In this document: piece by piece, positions 1 to 10,174 of the stretch | Layout of the letters: the number at the start of each line of letters is the position of its first letter | Numbering within the stretch: the first letter of the stretch is position 1 | Assembly (NCBI GenBank): GCA_964638585.1 | Contig: CAZXAN010000001.1 | Span: 108,372 to 172,371, forward strand | From: an uncultured Candidatus Saccharibacteria bacterium | GTDB lineage: Bacteria; Patescibacteriota; Minisyncoccia; Phycocordibacterales; Phycocordibacteraceae | Direction of reading: 5' to 3' | DNA length: 64,000 bases | Notes under the pieces: model-generated | The model's input: the letters and a program-made list of their open reading frames with translations, nothing else | Databases searched by the model: none | Told to the model about the DNA's origin: nothing | Made by a program: the position numbers and the translations under genes

Positions 1-34
1 TTTCGTGTGCGCGCTTGCATTACTTCGGATGAAG

Positions 35-619
35 TCAGTGCCCATGGACTATTCCTTCGATGATTAGTCGATATTTTTTCGTTCTCCCTTCCAGTCGTTC
101 AACCACAATACCTTTTGCCGCAAGAGATGCAAGCCGATTACTCCATGCGGCAGACGATACGGGCGGTCTTTCTGGATATTGTTCTAATAGCTGACCAGCA
201 TCCGCCTCCTTTAGCTTCTCCAGCGCGGATAGTGTCTTTTCTTGTTTGTCATCTAATTTTCCCAAGAGGACCGGGGCTACAAGCTCTCCAGATTTAGTAA
301 GGGTTGCAAACACAAGTGTGTCATTTGCGCTTTCGACAAAGAACGCCGCTTCTTCTTTGGTGGCGGCATTGGCGTTTGCTATCACCGGATACAGGGATAT
401 AGCAGAGCGTACGTGATCCCGATACGCCATAAACGCGGCGCGGAAAAATGAAGCGGTTACGAGGTCGACCTTTCTCAGATCAAAAGCGACGACAGAATCA
501 CGGGAAACACCTGCGGTCGCCTCAAGCATCTTCGGGAAAAACGCAGCTCCGTTGATCGAGCCGGCTAGTGTTGCTTCGCCGTATAGGTCACGTACCTCAA
601 CTATCAAATTAGGTTTCAT
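35..619 (-). CDS. hypothetical protein, possible STAS-like (DUF4325-type) N-terminal domain with C-terminal winged-helix-like segment
   Basis: 194-aa ORF ending 100 nt before the recombinase promoter; domain call from weak motif memory only. Confidence 0.35.
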   Translation of the reverse strand: MKPNLIVEVRDLYGEATLAGSINGAAFFPKMLEATAGVSRDSVVAFDLRKVDLVTASFFRAAFMAYRDHVRSAISLYPVIANANAATKEEAAFFVESANDTLVFATLTKSGELVAPVLLGKLDDKQEKTLSALEKLKEADAGQLLEQYPERPPVSSAAWSNRLASLAAKGIVVERLEGRTKKYRLIIEGIVHGH

Positions 620-622
620 TTA

Positions 623-652
623 TTGACATCACGTAGTTCATGTGACTATAAT
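623..652 (+). promoter_or_regulatory. near-consensus sigma70 promoter (TTGACA-N18-TATAAT) upstream of serine recombinase
   Basis: TTGACA at 623-628 and TATAAT at 647-652 with 18-nt spacer, about 70 nt upstream of ATG at 723. Confidence 0.5.
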
Positions 653-722
653 AACTTAAGTCTTCAATCTGCGCAACAGGTTTTTAGACATGGGTTAGAA
701 AGGCTTTTGTAGAAAGGCAATT

Positions 723-2780
723 ATGGTACGCGCTAGCGATTCAAAACGTGTCGGTATCTGGATTCGGGTTTCAACCGAAGACCAGGTAAGGGGCGAAAGC
801 CCGGAAACCCATGAGCGCCGAGCTCGGCTCTACGCCGAAGCCAAGGGCTGGAATGTCATCGAGGTCTACCGCCTCGATGCTGTTTCCGGCAAGACGGTCA
901 AGGAGACGCCGGAAGCAAAGAAGATGCTTGCCGACATCAAGTCGGGGCACATCACAGGACTGATTTTCTCCAAGCTCGCCCGCCTTGCTCGGAACACCAA
1001 GGAACTGCTCGAATTTGCCGAGTTGTTCCGGGAATCCGATGCCGATCTCATCTCCCTCGCGGAATCGATTGACACCTCAACCCCCGCTGGCCGTCTCTTC
1101 TACACCATGATCGCGGCGATGGCTCAGTGGGAGCGTGAGGAGATTTCTGCGCGCGTTGCAGCATCTGTCCCCATCCGCGCAAACATGGGCAAACCAACGG
1201 GCGGTCAAGCGCCATACGGCTACCAGTGGAAGGACAAGAAACTTATCCCTGATGATAAGGAAGCACCAGTTCGCAAACTCATGTATGAACTATTCCGGGA
1301 GCACAAGCGGAAGAAGGCCGTTGCGCGCATCCTCAACGAGAAGGGTTATCGGACTCGGAACGGCTCGAAATTCTCGGACACCACCGTTGACCGTCTGCTC
1401 CGCGACTCCATCACGAAAGGCGTCCGCCGCGCGAACTACACCCGATCAAGCGACAGCAGCAAGGCCTGGGAGTTGAAGCCGGAGAGCGACTGGGTACTAC
1501 AGGAGGTTGAAGCTATCGTCCCGGAAGACCTCTGGAACGAGTGTAATGCGTTTCTGGACGCGCAGCGGGAGAAAGGGAAACGCACCACTCAGCCGACCCT
1601 CCATCTCTTCGCAGGGCTCACGTATTGCGCCTGCGGGCCGAAGATGTATGTCCCGTCGAAGAGCCCCAAGTACACCTGCCAGAAGTGCCGGAACAAGATT
1701 CCAAAGGACGACCTCGAAGCCGTCTTCATCGAACAGATCAAGCATTTCTCAGTTTCGCCGGACGAGATCAGCGCGCACTTGGAACGGGCGAACACCACGA
1801 TTCACACGAAGGCCGAACTTCTTAAGGTCCTCGAATCTGACCGCCAGAAGCTCACTGGCGAGATCGACAAACTTCACGACCTCTATCAGTCCGGGATGAT
1901 CGACAAGCACGGATTCGGTGCGAAATATCACCCCTGGGCTGACCGCCTCCGCCAGCTTGACGAAGAAATTCCTGCTGCCCAAGCCCAGCTCGATGTGATG
2001 AAGATCGGCCACCTTTCCGAAGAAGAAATCGTCTTCGGAGCGAGAGACCTCTATGAGCGGTGGCCCAAGCTCCCGGCCGAAGAAAAGCGTCGGATCATCG
2101 AGGCCATTACCGAGAAAATCATCGTCGGCAAGGACGAGGTTGAGATCAACCTCTACTATGCCCCTCCGCCTTCGGCGTCGGGGCATAGTGGCGGAAGCCC
2201 AAATAGATCAGGGGGTAGCGTTCCCCCTAATACCCCCTTAGATCGCAGCAAAAGAGCAATGAATACTCAGGGTTGCGTTGCTCTTTTGCAACGCGTGCCC
2301 GTTCGGCTTAAAGCATTGAAACCAAAGGAATTTGATTTTGAGCCCCAGACGATTGGGGATCATATCCGCAAACGCCGGCTCCTGCTCAAGCTCACCAAGA
2401 AAGCCGTAGCCGGCATTCTGAAGGTCTCCCAGTTCTCCATAATCAACTGGGAACTGGGGAGATTCCAACCATCGAACGTGTCCACGCTGCACCGCATCAT
2501 CAAGTTTCTCGGCTATGACCCCTTGCCCGTAGGCTGCACCATTCTGGAGCGGCTTCGCCAAAAGCGCCGGCAGATGGGCTGGGGTCAACGGGAGCTTGCC
2601 GAGCACTTTGGAGTGGACCGCTGCACGGTTACTGGGTGGGAACTCGGCGGCACGATCCTCAAGCGCTCGCACCGGTCGATGGTGGCCCGTTTCCTCGGCC
2701 TGGCTGAGGCTGATTTAATGGGCGAAATGGCAGACCGCTGGAACAAAAACCATGGCAAGCGCACTGTGCGTAAACCGTAG
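723..2780 (+). CDS. large serine recombinase (resolvase/invertase N-terminal domain, recombinase domain, zinc ribbon, C-terminal tandem XRE-like HTH)
   Basis: N-terminus VGIWIRVSTEDQ...SPETHE with catalytic Ser context, SKLARLARNTKELLEF resolvase motif, Cys-rich ribbon CACG...CQKC, C-terminal HTH-like repeats. Confidence 0.9.
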   Translation: MVRASDSKRVGIWIRVSTEDQVRGESPETHERRARLYAEAKGWNVIEVYRLDAVSGKTVKETPEAKKMLADIKSGHITGLIFSKLARLARNTKELLEFAELFRESDADLISLAESIDTSTPAGRLFYTMIAAMAQWEREEISARVAASVPIRANMGKPTGGQAPYGYQWKDKKLIPDDKEAPVRKLMYELFREHKRKKAVARILNEKGYRTRNGSKFSDTTVDRLLRDSITKGVRRANYTRSSDSSKAWELKPESDWVLQEVEAIVPEDLWNECNAFLDAQREKGKRTTQPTLHLFAGLTYCACGPKMYVPSKSPKYTCQKCRNKIPKDDLEAVFIEQIKHFSVSPDEISAHLERANTTIHTKAELLKVLESDRQKLTGEIDKLHDLYQSGMIDKHGFGAKYHPWADRLRQLDEEIPAAQAQLDVMKIGHLSEEEIVFGARDLYERWPKLPAEEKRRIIEAITEKIIVGKDEVEINLYYAPPPSASGHSGGSPNRSGGSVPPNTPLDRSKRAMNTQGCVALLQRVPVRLKALKPKEFDFEPQTIGDHIRKRRLLLKLTKKAVAGILKVSQFSIINWELGRFQPSNVSTLHRIIKFLGYDPLPVGCTILERLRQKRRQMGWGQRELAEHFGVDRCTVTGWELGGTILKRSHRSMVARFLGLAEADLMGEMADRWNKNHGKRTVRKP

Positions 2781-3030
2781 CCATTCCACGATTGGGTAAA
2801 TGTCGGTCTGTTATTGTGAACCATCAGCACGTCCTGACTGGGCGTTTCGGGATTAGCCAGTAATCATGGTCGGAATTCGCATTTTCGACTGGAAAGCTGC
2901 GCCCACCGGGATTACCATCCGGGTTGAAGAGTGAATATCGTAACTTCATCCAACATCGCGTTTGGAGAATACCGCTAGTTGGTAGGACACAAAACACCTG
3001 TCGGACACGTCAATGGAGTGAGAGCGCCAT

Positions 3031-4239
3031 TTGGGCGCTTACGCAAGTAATCCTCGGCGTTTCTGGCGCAACGAGTTAACTGCGGATGTGACTGCTATGA
3101 CACCAGAATTCGAAAAACACGTCTCGATGGTATTCGCATGGCTGCAAGCAAGGCCAGTTACACCGAAAAGCATCGTCCTCGATGGCCCGGAAGCGATAGC
3201 GATAGCTTCGGCGACCGGTATGCGCTCCGAAAATCAAGATCGAGTTGCTTTAGTTCGCGTAAGCAATCAAGCTTCTATCGGTGCGAATGTCCAGGCTGCA
3301 GTTCTATTAGACGGCATTGGAGGCATGGCGGATGGGGCCAGTGCCGCATCTCTGGCGTTAGCGTCATTCTCGATATACCTAGCGTTCGGTGATTGCGCGC
3401 GGGGACTAAAGAGCCTCATTATGGAGGCCGCTGAATTTGCTAACGACGTTGTTTATCAGCGCTATCGCGCCCGTGGGGGCACCACGCTAACGGCGGTACT
3501 TTTTGGCAGACAAGGCGCGGTAGGGCTGAGCGTGGGCGACAGTCGTGCCTACATTTGCTCAAAAGCTGGCCTCAGACAATTATCAGAAGACGATACGTTA
3601 TCTGGCCATCTGGGCAACGCGAGTAAAAAGCTGGATCCTTGGCGTTTCCCAGACTCGATTGATAACCGACTATCTCAATTTGTAGGCATGGGAGAAGGTA
3701 TCCAACCACATCTAATCGCCCTTCCGGCCTATGACAGCGCGGAAAGCGAAGCGACACTTCTCCTCATGACTGACGGCGCATATTTTGTGGGTCAGCAGAT
3801 TCTAGAGGTCTTGCTCAGACAAAAATCCGATCCTTCCGAGCTTGCGCAGCGGATTCTTACGATGGCCGAATGGCTGGGCGGCAATGATAACGCATCAATT
3901 GCTGTCGTCCCAGCGCGACCTCAGTTTATAGAAGAACGTTCTGATAGTTCGGCGACACGGCTATCGCTCAGCGCACGCGGTGATACGTTTGCTTTAGTTG
4001 CTTCCGGTAAGATCGAATGGGGCAAGTCGAATGAACATGATCAAGAAGGTGCCCCTCCCTCGAAACAATTAGAAGTAACACCAAGGGTCCGCGAGCAAAC
4101 ACCTTACAACGCAGCGAAGGCCAAGATTAACTATCAACCCGCCACGACTCGCAAAAAAAGCCATAGGAAGTCCGGGCGCACAAAACAAAAGCAACAGAAC
4201 GAAAGCTTGCTGCTGGAATTGGTTTCCGACAAAAAGTGA
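3031..4239 (+). CDS. PP2C-family Ser/Thr protein phosphatase with basic low-complexity C-terminal tail
   Basis: PPM motifs: RSENQDR, VLLDGIGGMADG (DGxGG), GDSRAY, NGGNDNASIAVV; stop overlaps start of next gene. Confidence 0.85.
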   Translation: MGAYASNPRRFWRNELTADVTAMTPEFEKHVSMVFAWLQARPVTPKSIVLDGPEAIAIASATGMRSENQDRVALVRVSNQASIGANVQAAVLLDGIGGMADGASAASLALASFSIYLAFGDCARGLKSLIMEAAEFANDVVYQRYRARGGTTLTAVLFGRQGAVGLSVGDSRAYICSKAGLRQLSEDDTLSGHLGNASKKLDPWRFPDSIDNRLSQFVGMGEGIQPHLIALPAYDSAESEATLLLMTDGAYFVGQQILEVLLRQKSDPSELAQRILTMAEWLGGNDNASIAVVPARPQFIEERSDSSATRLSLSARGDTFALVASGKIEWGKSNEHDQEGAPPSKQLEVTPRVREQTPYNAAKAKINYQPATTRKKSHRKSGRTKQKQQNESLLLELVSDKK

Positions 4240-5291
4240 ATTTTCCGCCGAGATATGTCGTAGAAAGTGGCCCCGTTAGCGGCGGTTTCGGCACTACCCA
4301 TATATGTAATGACTTGCATCTCGCTCGAAAGGTCGTGGTTAAGGAGATTTCAGACAAAACAGAGATGAAGCGGCTAATCGACGAAATCGTAGCACTACAG
4401 CAGGTAAAGTCACGTCATGTGGTTCAAATTTACGATTTGATTATTGATAATGCCAGTGGGAGCCTAGCCCTTGTCGAAGAATTTCTGCCAAATGATGACC
4501 TGATGCATTTTTCAATGTCGGGTTATTCGGTAAAGGGCTACTATGACGCGCTCTATCAAATCTCGTCTGGTGTTCGGGATATTCACGCTTGTGGCATCGT
4601 TCATAGGGATTTGAAGCCCAACAACATGAAGCGGGATCAGGATGGCGCAATAAAGATTTTTGATTTTGGTCTCGCGAAGATTGCACCACTCCCCAAGAGC
4701 ACATCTGTCTTAGTGGGGACGCCTGGGTTTATGGCCCCAGAGTTATTCGAAATGCCTCCAAAGATCGATTTTCCGGTGGACGCTTTTGCGTTTGGTGCGA
4801 CCGCGTTTTTTCTTGCATGTGGGACCTTATACGCAAACGCACCGAAGGGATTTAGCCCACCGCCGCCGCTTCCTGCGGGGGAATCTATCGCGAATCACGT
4901 TGCGGTAACACCAACCATTGCCGACCTGATCGACGGATGCCTTGCTTCTGACCCTAGCATTCGGCCAAAGCTCGCTGATCTTGCAACGGCGCTTAAGCGC
5001 GAATTGCTCGTGGATCGACACCGTGCGCTCGTGGCAGATGGCTCCAGTTCGCTGATCTTGGACAAGGACAGTAGAAAGGTCAGAGCTAGGCGTGGCAAAT
5101 CTGATTCCGTCGAGATTGAGTATGACGGTTATTATTTTAAGATTTCCGAAATTGTCGGTGCCGTTTCAATTAATAACAAGACGGCAACTATTGGCGATGT
5201 ACTTAGTGGATCCCACGTTATTGTACTTGGTGCTGCAGGCATTCGACGGTTTGTCACATTTGACGTTAGTCATCCTGAGGTCCTTGCATGA
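4236..5291 (+). CDS. Hanks-type Ser/Thr protein kinase with about 90-aa C-terminal extension
   Basis: VVVKEI (VAIK-like), HRDLKPNNM catalytic loop, DFGLAK, APE motif; GTG start overlapping upstream stop, ATGA overlap with next gene. Confidence 0.85.
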   Translation: MNFPPRYVVESGPVSGGFGTTHICNDLHLARKVVVKEISDKTEMKRLIDEIVALQQVKSRHVVQIYDLIIDNASGSLALVEEFLPNDDLMHFSMSGYSVKGYYDALYQISSGVRDIHACGIVHRDLKPNNMKRDQDGAIKIFDFGLAKIAPLPKSTSVLVGTPGFMAPELFEMPPKIDFPVDAFAFGATAFFLACGTLYANAPKGFSPPPPLPAGESIANHVAVTPTIADLIDGCLASDPSIRPKLADLATALKRELLVDRHRALVADGSSSLILDKDSRKVRARRGKSDSVEIEYDGYYFKISEIVGAVSINNKTATIGDVLSGSHVIVLGAAGIRRFVTFDVSHPEVLA

Positions 5292-6373
5292 GTCATTTGC
5301 TGCAGGACGGTCAAAAGCTAGGGGGCAGATATGAGATTGTCTCGTTTCTAGACGCAGGTGGAATGCAAGAAGTCTACGTCGCACTCGACCATCTTCTGAA
5401 TCGCCATGTAGCTCTGAAGACACCTTTCACCAAGTCGGGGGAGAAGCGATTTAAGAGGAGTGCCGTACTCGCAGCGCGCATCAATCACCCAAATGTCGCA
5501 AAAACACTTGACTATTTTGGCGGGGATGGGCCGGAAGTGTTAATCGAGGAACTTGTAAACGGTCGCAGTGTAGAGGCGTTGCTCACGGACAAATATCTTT
5601 ACTTTGATCCGTCCCTAGTCGCCCAATTCGGCCATCATTTCAGCAAGGCACTTCAGGCTTCTCATCACGTAGGTGTAGTTCATAGAGATTTAAAGCCCAG
5701 TAATATAATTGCTGAATCTATTGAAGGGAGCTACGAATTCAAAGTTACTGATTTTGGAATCGCTCGTCTGGTGGAACACGAACTGGAAGATTCAACCGAT
5801 GCTAATGAATCATTAGGAACGGCTGGATCGTCAACGATCGTCGGGGCATTACCGTATATGGCCCCTGAGATGATCGAGACACCCAAAAAGACCGATAAGC
5901 CGGTAGATATTTGGGCTTTTGGCGCGATTCTTTATCGCATCATGACTGGCAACTACCCCTTTGGAATTGGTTTGGCAGCGGTACCCAAGATTTACGAGGC
6001 GAAGCCACCGCCGAAGCCAGCTCTAATCAATCAGTTGCTCCAATTCCGCGTTTTGGGAAATACAATTTGGGATATCGCCATTCGGTGCATGTCGAAGGAT
6101 CCGGCCCAACGACCGGATGCCGATCATCTTGTGGAGCAATTTTCAAATCTTTCTTACAGCGATAAGCCCCGGATCAATGCGACTATCTCAAGTTTCAGGC
6201 CGAAGGGATATGCTTGGGGATATCTCAGCTCTGGCTTAGATGCTTACTTCTTTCACCGAGATAGCTTTTACGGCCCCCTAGATCTTATCCAGGTTGGAGC
6301 AAAAGTATCCTGTTGCATTAATCCCGGGGGAGGCAATGACCGTGCACACCCAGTGTTACCTCTTAAGAGCTAA
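5288..6373 (+). CDS. Hanks-type Ser/Thr protein kinase with C-terminal cold-shock-like (OB-fold) domain
   Basis: VALKTP, VVHRDLKPSNII, TDFGIARL, YMAPE; C-terminus KGYAWGYLSSGLDAYFFHRDSF...GAKVSCCINPGGGNDRAHPV resembles CspA-type CSD. Confidence 0.8.
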   Translation: MSHLLQDGQKLGGRYEIVSFLDAGGMQEVYVALDHLLNRHVALKTPFTKSGEKRFKRSAVLAARINHPNVAKTLDYFGGDGPEVLIEELVNGRSVEALLTDKYLYFDPSLVAQFGHHFSKALQASHHVGVVHRDLKPSNIIAESIEGSYEFKVTDFGIARLVEHELEDSTDANESLGTAGSSTIVGALPYMAPEMIETPKKTDKPVDIWAFGAILYRIMTGNYPFGIGLAAVPKIYEAKPPPKPALINQLLQFRVLGNTIWDIAIRCMSKDPAQRPDADHLVEQFSNLSYSDKPRINATISSFRPKGYAWGYLSSGLDAYFFHRDSFYGPLDLIQVGAKVSCCINPGGGNDRAHPVLPLKS

Positions 6374-6432
6374 CAAGAACCACCGACAAGTCTAAAGAGG
6401 GTCTTTTCTGTCACACCGTCGGCGGGCCCGAC

Positions 6433-6825
6433 ATGGTGAGCAACATGGATATATTCAATGACCTAAGGATTACCGGTCTCGATGAGGCGTCCTCACATAT
6501 CGAAGAGAAGGGAAACTCGGAATTTCACCTATCGCTTTCAACGCCGCCGCTAGGCGAATGGGTCATCTGCTTTCAGAACGCGTGGTCACACATCTTTTAC
6601 AATACCAAGGTCCGTGCCGATGTATCTGGTGGCAGTATCGTAGTCGAATGTCACCATTCAACTTTGAACGAACACATTCAATATCTCAAAGAAGCCATTG
6701 AGGAAGCGAATCGCTCATGCAGAGAGCAGCATGCTGCGTATATAAACCAGCAGTCCGCGGAAAATCGAGAAGAACAAAAGCGCCAGAAGATATTGGCTGA
6801 CGTGAAGAGGAATCTGAAACTATAG
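6433..6825 (+). CDS. hypothetical protein, last gene of phosphatase-kinase operon
   Basis: 130-aa ORF 60 nt after kinase 2, same strand; no recognisable motif. Confidence 0.4.
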   Translation: MVSNMDIFNDLRITGLDEASSHIEEKGNSEFHLSLSTPPLGEWVICFQNAWSHIFYNTKVRADVSGGSIVVECHHSTLNEHIQYLKEAIEEANRSCREQHAAYINQQSAENREEQKRQKILADVKRNLKL

Positions 6826-6970
6826 CAGCGACGATAGATTACTAACATTCGCCGTCGGTGAGAATTCCGCAGGCGAACGTTGTACTAGTACCAATGGTGT
6901 GAATACATATAACCTACCATAAGAATTGCGGCTGCCACCGTTTGAGCATGAATAATTATATACAGCGTAA

Positions 6971-9751
6971 TTAATCGTTTTTCTTTTGCTTCGTAAGCGA
7001 CCGTGCAATCACTTCCGCAATCGCCTGCCTTCGTGCGCCCGCATCCTTCGGATCTACCACCTGCTGCACAGTACGCACCTTGTACCCGCGAACGGTCTGC
7101 TCTGTAGGTGGCGGGGCTGCGCCCAATGAGTCGAGGTATTCGGTTAGGCTCTCCGGCACGATGTATCGCACCTTGCCCTGCTCGCGCTCGTCCAGATTCT
7201 CTTCGACGAACTTGGCAAGGGCTTTGATGTGCCGCTCATTGCTTCCGACCAACACAACCTCGGTGTAGCCGGCGGCCAGACACTTTTCGACATTGCCGAG
7301 CTCATGGTCCTGATTTGTCGTCACCGATATCTCGCAGGCGATTCGACTCGCGCCGCGGACGAGTGACACGTCAACACGGCCGGCGCCGTCAAGGATCGTT
7401 TCCTCGATCGATGCCCGGAATCCTCGCTCTTCCGCGAGCTGCTTAAAGAGATGCTGCAGGTACTTGTGCTGCTGACCGCCGCGTCCCGATTCCGGAATGG
7501 TCTTCTGGACCTTCGTCGTCTTGGCCTTTACTTCCGTCGTCGGCTTGGGCGCAACGGAAATGGTCACTTGCTCAGGTTCGGCAATGGACGGTGCCGGCTC
7601 CGGCGCGGTCAGTATCTCAGGCTCGTTTGTCGGCGCGGCTTCCTGAACACGCTTCGCTAAACCCTGAGCTACGGGTGCAGGTCGTGTCCCTCGAGGCGGC
7701 GTCGGCGAGGGAGTGTAGGAGGGTAACACTGGCGGCGCGCTGTACCGCTCTCGATTATCTTCAAGCAACGCTTCCTGCTCCCTAGCTTCGAGCGTCGGCA
7801 GTGCCTCGACAAAGCCAAGCGGTATCGTCACCGAAAGAGCCTTGTTCGTGTAGTTCTTCACGTGGCAGGCAAATTCGGTGTGATTCCGCTGTTTCTTTTG
7901 CGACAACAAGAACGCCGCATCGCAACGGAACTCCGAATCGAGCGCGCTGGCGTCCTTGGCACTCAGTCCTCCGGCAAACTTGATAGTAGTGCTTGCGAGC
8001 ACGCTTGAGCGCAGTCCCGCGCCGAGCTGGTCGAGGTTCTGGTGCGCAAAGATTAGACCGACGCGGTACTTCCTGGCTTGGTTGAGAAGATGAGAAATGT
8101 TCTCGTCAAAGTAATCCTGGGCTTCGTCGATGTACACGAAGCTCGACTGGCGCTTGTACGCGGGTATGGCGGCCCGCTGCACCGCCGCCTGGGCGATCAA
8201 GGCAATGAAGAAGCGGCCGAAGATGGCGGACCCTTCTTGTCCCAAGAGGTCTTTGGCCGTATTGATGAGGATGATCTTGCCTTCGTTCAATAGCTCGAAG
8301 ATATCGATCTTGTTTCGAGGGTGCGAAAACATCCGCTCAAGGGATGCGTTGGACAAGACACCCCATAGGCGCGTCAAAATTTGCTTCTTGGTCTCATTGA
8401 ACTGGCGATCAAAGAATCGTGTCTCAAAAAAGCTCCGAGCCGTTCCGGTGAGCTTCGCCATGTATGGTCGGAACCGCTCGCTGTCTTCCATGAGTTCCCG
8501 GAGCGTGTGAATGGTGGCATCCGGTATTTCAATCAGCAGGCGCGCCAGATACTTGAAGATGAGTCCCTGGCGTTGGGTAAGCTCGGCGCCGAGAAGCGCC
8601 CCGAAGAAGTATTCGTAGAGTTCAATCGTCGCGTTGAGTATCTTTTCCCGATCAACCGGGGCGTATCCCGAAAGACGGTCTCGGTTGAAGTCGAACATGT
8701 TGAGACATACGGGGTGCTCGACATCGTTCGGATCGACCAGGACGAAGCGGTCGGCAAGGCTGCGAGATGCGGACGGGCTGAAGTATGAAAGGCGGGAAAT
8801 GGTCCGGATGAGGTCGCCCTGGCTATCCATCACCACGACCGAGCGGTTGTCCTCCTGTGCCCGTACCAAGTCATGATTGATGAGAAACTGCATGAGCTGC
8901 GTCTTGCCGTGCCCGGTACCGCCAACGATGTGCGTGTGCTCGAAGCGCGCCGGAAACGGGATGGCGAACGGTAAGGGAGCATGGAAAAAGCGAATGAACG
9001 GCGTTGCTTGCAGGTATGCCTCAATGAGGAATTCGGGAGACTGGTTCTTCTGCTGCGAGGGCAGCTTGGCCTTTCCCGCTGCCTCATGAAATTTTTCTGG
9101 AGGAATGCCAGAGGCGTGCAGGGCATTCAGGTCGAATCGCTCGCGCAGCGTCTGAAACAGGTTGGCATTGGCCACGTCCTGATCGAAGAACGTGATCAGC
9201 AGCCGATCTATGACTTCAGGAATGTTGTCGCATAGGTCATACGCCTTTGCTTCCGGCAGCACCACTGAATCATCGGCGGCGACGCCCTTCTCATCGATGT
9301 CGGTGAAGGCGGAGAGCGGGAGGTATCCGAGAATGCCGGAAAACAGGTACACGAGCTTGTCGCGCCAGATGGTAAGGAGGCGCTGCTGATCGGCGATGAA
9401 GCGCAGGTGGCGGTTGAGGGTCTTGCGAAGTTCGACGCCCTCTTCCATGGTGAGGTGCTCAAGGGACGATTCCTCGGGAAGCTCGACCATGAACCCTTCA
9501 AGGTACAAGAGGCCGGTAATCGCCGACCATAATGCCTCACCGAGCGGAATGGAGGGCGTGACGCCCCGCATTTCGCAGATTTCGTGAATAAGGTCGAGCA
9601 GGAAATTGGCCCTCTTTTTGTCGCTGCCAAGAGGCGATGCGTCGCGCGCCTGTTTGACCCGCGCGTAGAGCTCGGCCATCTCCCGAAGCTCGCGTTCGCG
9701 AGCCGATCCGAGGAACGTGTCCTGAAACCAGTTCCAGGCGTTAGTGGACAC
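6971..9751 (-). CDS. TraD/VirD4-like (T4CP-type) P-loop NTPase with N-terminal extension and C-terminal nuclease-like domain
   Basis: Walker A HIVGGTGHGKTQ, MDSQGD (DPxG-like), Walker B FVYIDEAQ, AHQNLDQL; C-terminal RVDVSLV...ACEISVTT...GYTEVVLV reminiscent of restriction-endonuclease-like fold; paralogue of 10175..11377. Confidence 0.7.
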   Translation of the reverse strand: MSTNAWNWFQDTFLGSARERELREMAELYARVKQARDASPLGSDKKRANFLLDLIHEICEMRGVTPSIPLGEALWSAITGLLYLEGFMVELPEESSLEHLTMEEGVELRKTLNRHLRFIADQQRLLTIWRDKLVYLFSGILGYLPLSAFTDIDEKGVAADDSVVLPEAKAYDLCDNIPEVIDRLLITFFDQDVANANLFQTLRERFDLNALHASGIPPEKFHEAAGKAKLPSQQKNQSPEFLIEAYLQATPFIRFFHAPLPFAIPFPARFEHTHIVGGTGHGKTQLMQFLINHDLVRAQEDNRSVVVMDSQGDLIRTISRLSYFSPSASRSLADRFVLVDPNDVEHPVCLNMFDFNRDRLSGYAPVDREKILNATIELYEYFFGALLGAELTQRQGLIFKYLARLLIEIPDATIHTLRELMEDSERFRPYMAKLTGTARSFFETRFFDRQFNETKKQILTRLWGVLSNASLERMFSHPRNKIDIFELLNEGKIILINTAKDLLGQEGSAIFGRFFIALIAQAAVQRAAIPAYKRQSSFVYIDEAQDYFDENISHLLNQARKYRVGLIFAHQNLDQLGAGLRSSVLASTTIKFAGGLSAKDASALDSEFRCDAAFLLSQKKQRNHTEFACHVKNYTNKALSVTIPLGFVEALPTLEAREQEALLEDNRERYSAPPVLPSYTPSPTPPRGTRPAPVAQGLAKRVQEAAPTNEPEILTAPEPAPSIAEPEQVTISVAPKPTTEVKAKTTKVQKTIPESGRGGQQHKYLQHLFKQLAEERGFRASIEETILDGAGRVDVSLVRGASRIACEISVTTNQDHELGNVEKCLAAGYTEVVLVGSNERHIKALAKFVEENLDEREQGKVRYIVPESLTEYLDSLGAAPPPTEQTVRGYKVRTVQQVVDPKDAGARRQAIAEVIARSLTKQKKND

Positions 9752-9752
9752 G

Positions 9753-10139
9753 TTACTTCAGCTCGATCACTTCCTCGCCGCCAAAGGTGGCGGCTGCCTC
9801 CAGCACGTTCTTGAAGGTCTGGGCAGCTTCCTTGATCTGATCCTCGACCGCAAGCATTTCAACGATATCTTTGCAATCGATTTTCTTGCCTCCCTGCAAG
9901 TCATTGACCGACACCGAGATATTCATCATCTTGAAGGCAAGCCGTGAGGCGAGCCCCAATAGCCCGCTACCTTTATCGATAATCTTGTCACGCTCATAGA
10001 GCATCGTGTCGCCGAGCTTATATTTGCTGATATTGTTCTTTTCCTCGGGCGTAAGTTCGGAGCGGACCGTGAGCGTGAACGTGATTTTGCCAATGCCGAT
10101 AATTCCCGATTTCTGGTCCCGCCGTAGCAATAATTTCAT
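9753..10139 (-). CDS. hypothetical protein between the two ATPase paralogues
   Basis: 128-aa ORF; 3-nt spacing to downstream gene, operon context. Confidence 0.4.
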   Translation of the reverse strand: MKLLLRRDQKSGIIGIGKITFTLTVRSELTPEEKNNISKYKLGDTMLYERDKIIDKGSGLLGLASRLAFKMMNISVSVNDLQGGKKIDCKDIVEMLAVEDQIKEAAQTFKNVLEAAATFGGEEVIELK

Positions 10140-10174
10140 TGTTGCATCCCTGTGGGTTATGGACCGCCCGGTTA

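Noticed and set aside
35-6373. STAS-like protein at 35..619 as partner-switching component of the PP2C/kinase operon
   Set aside because: It is on the opposite strand and on the far side of the recombinase. The kinases are Hanks-type, not GHKL anti-sigma-type. The association is unsupported.
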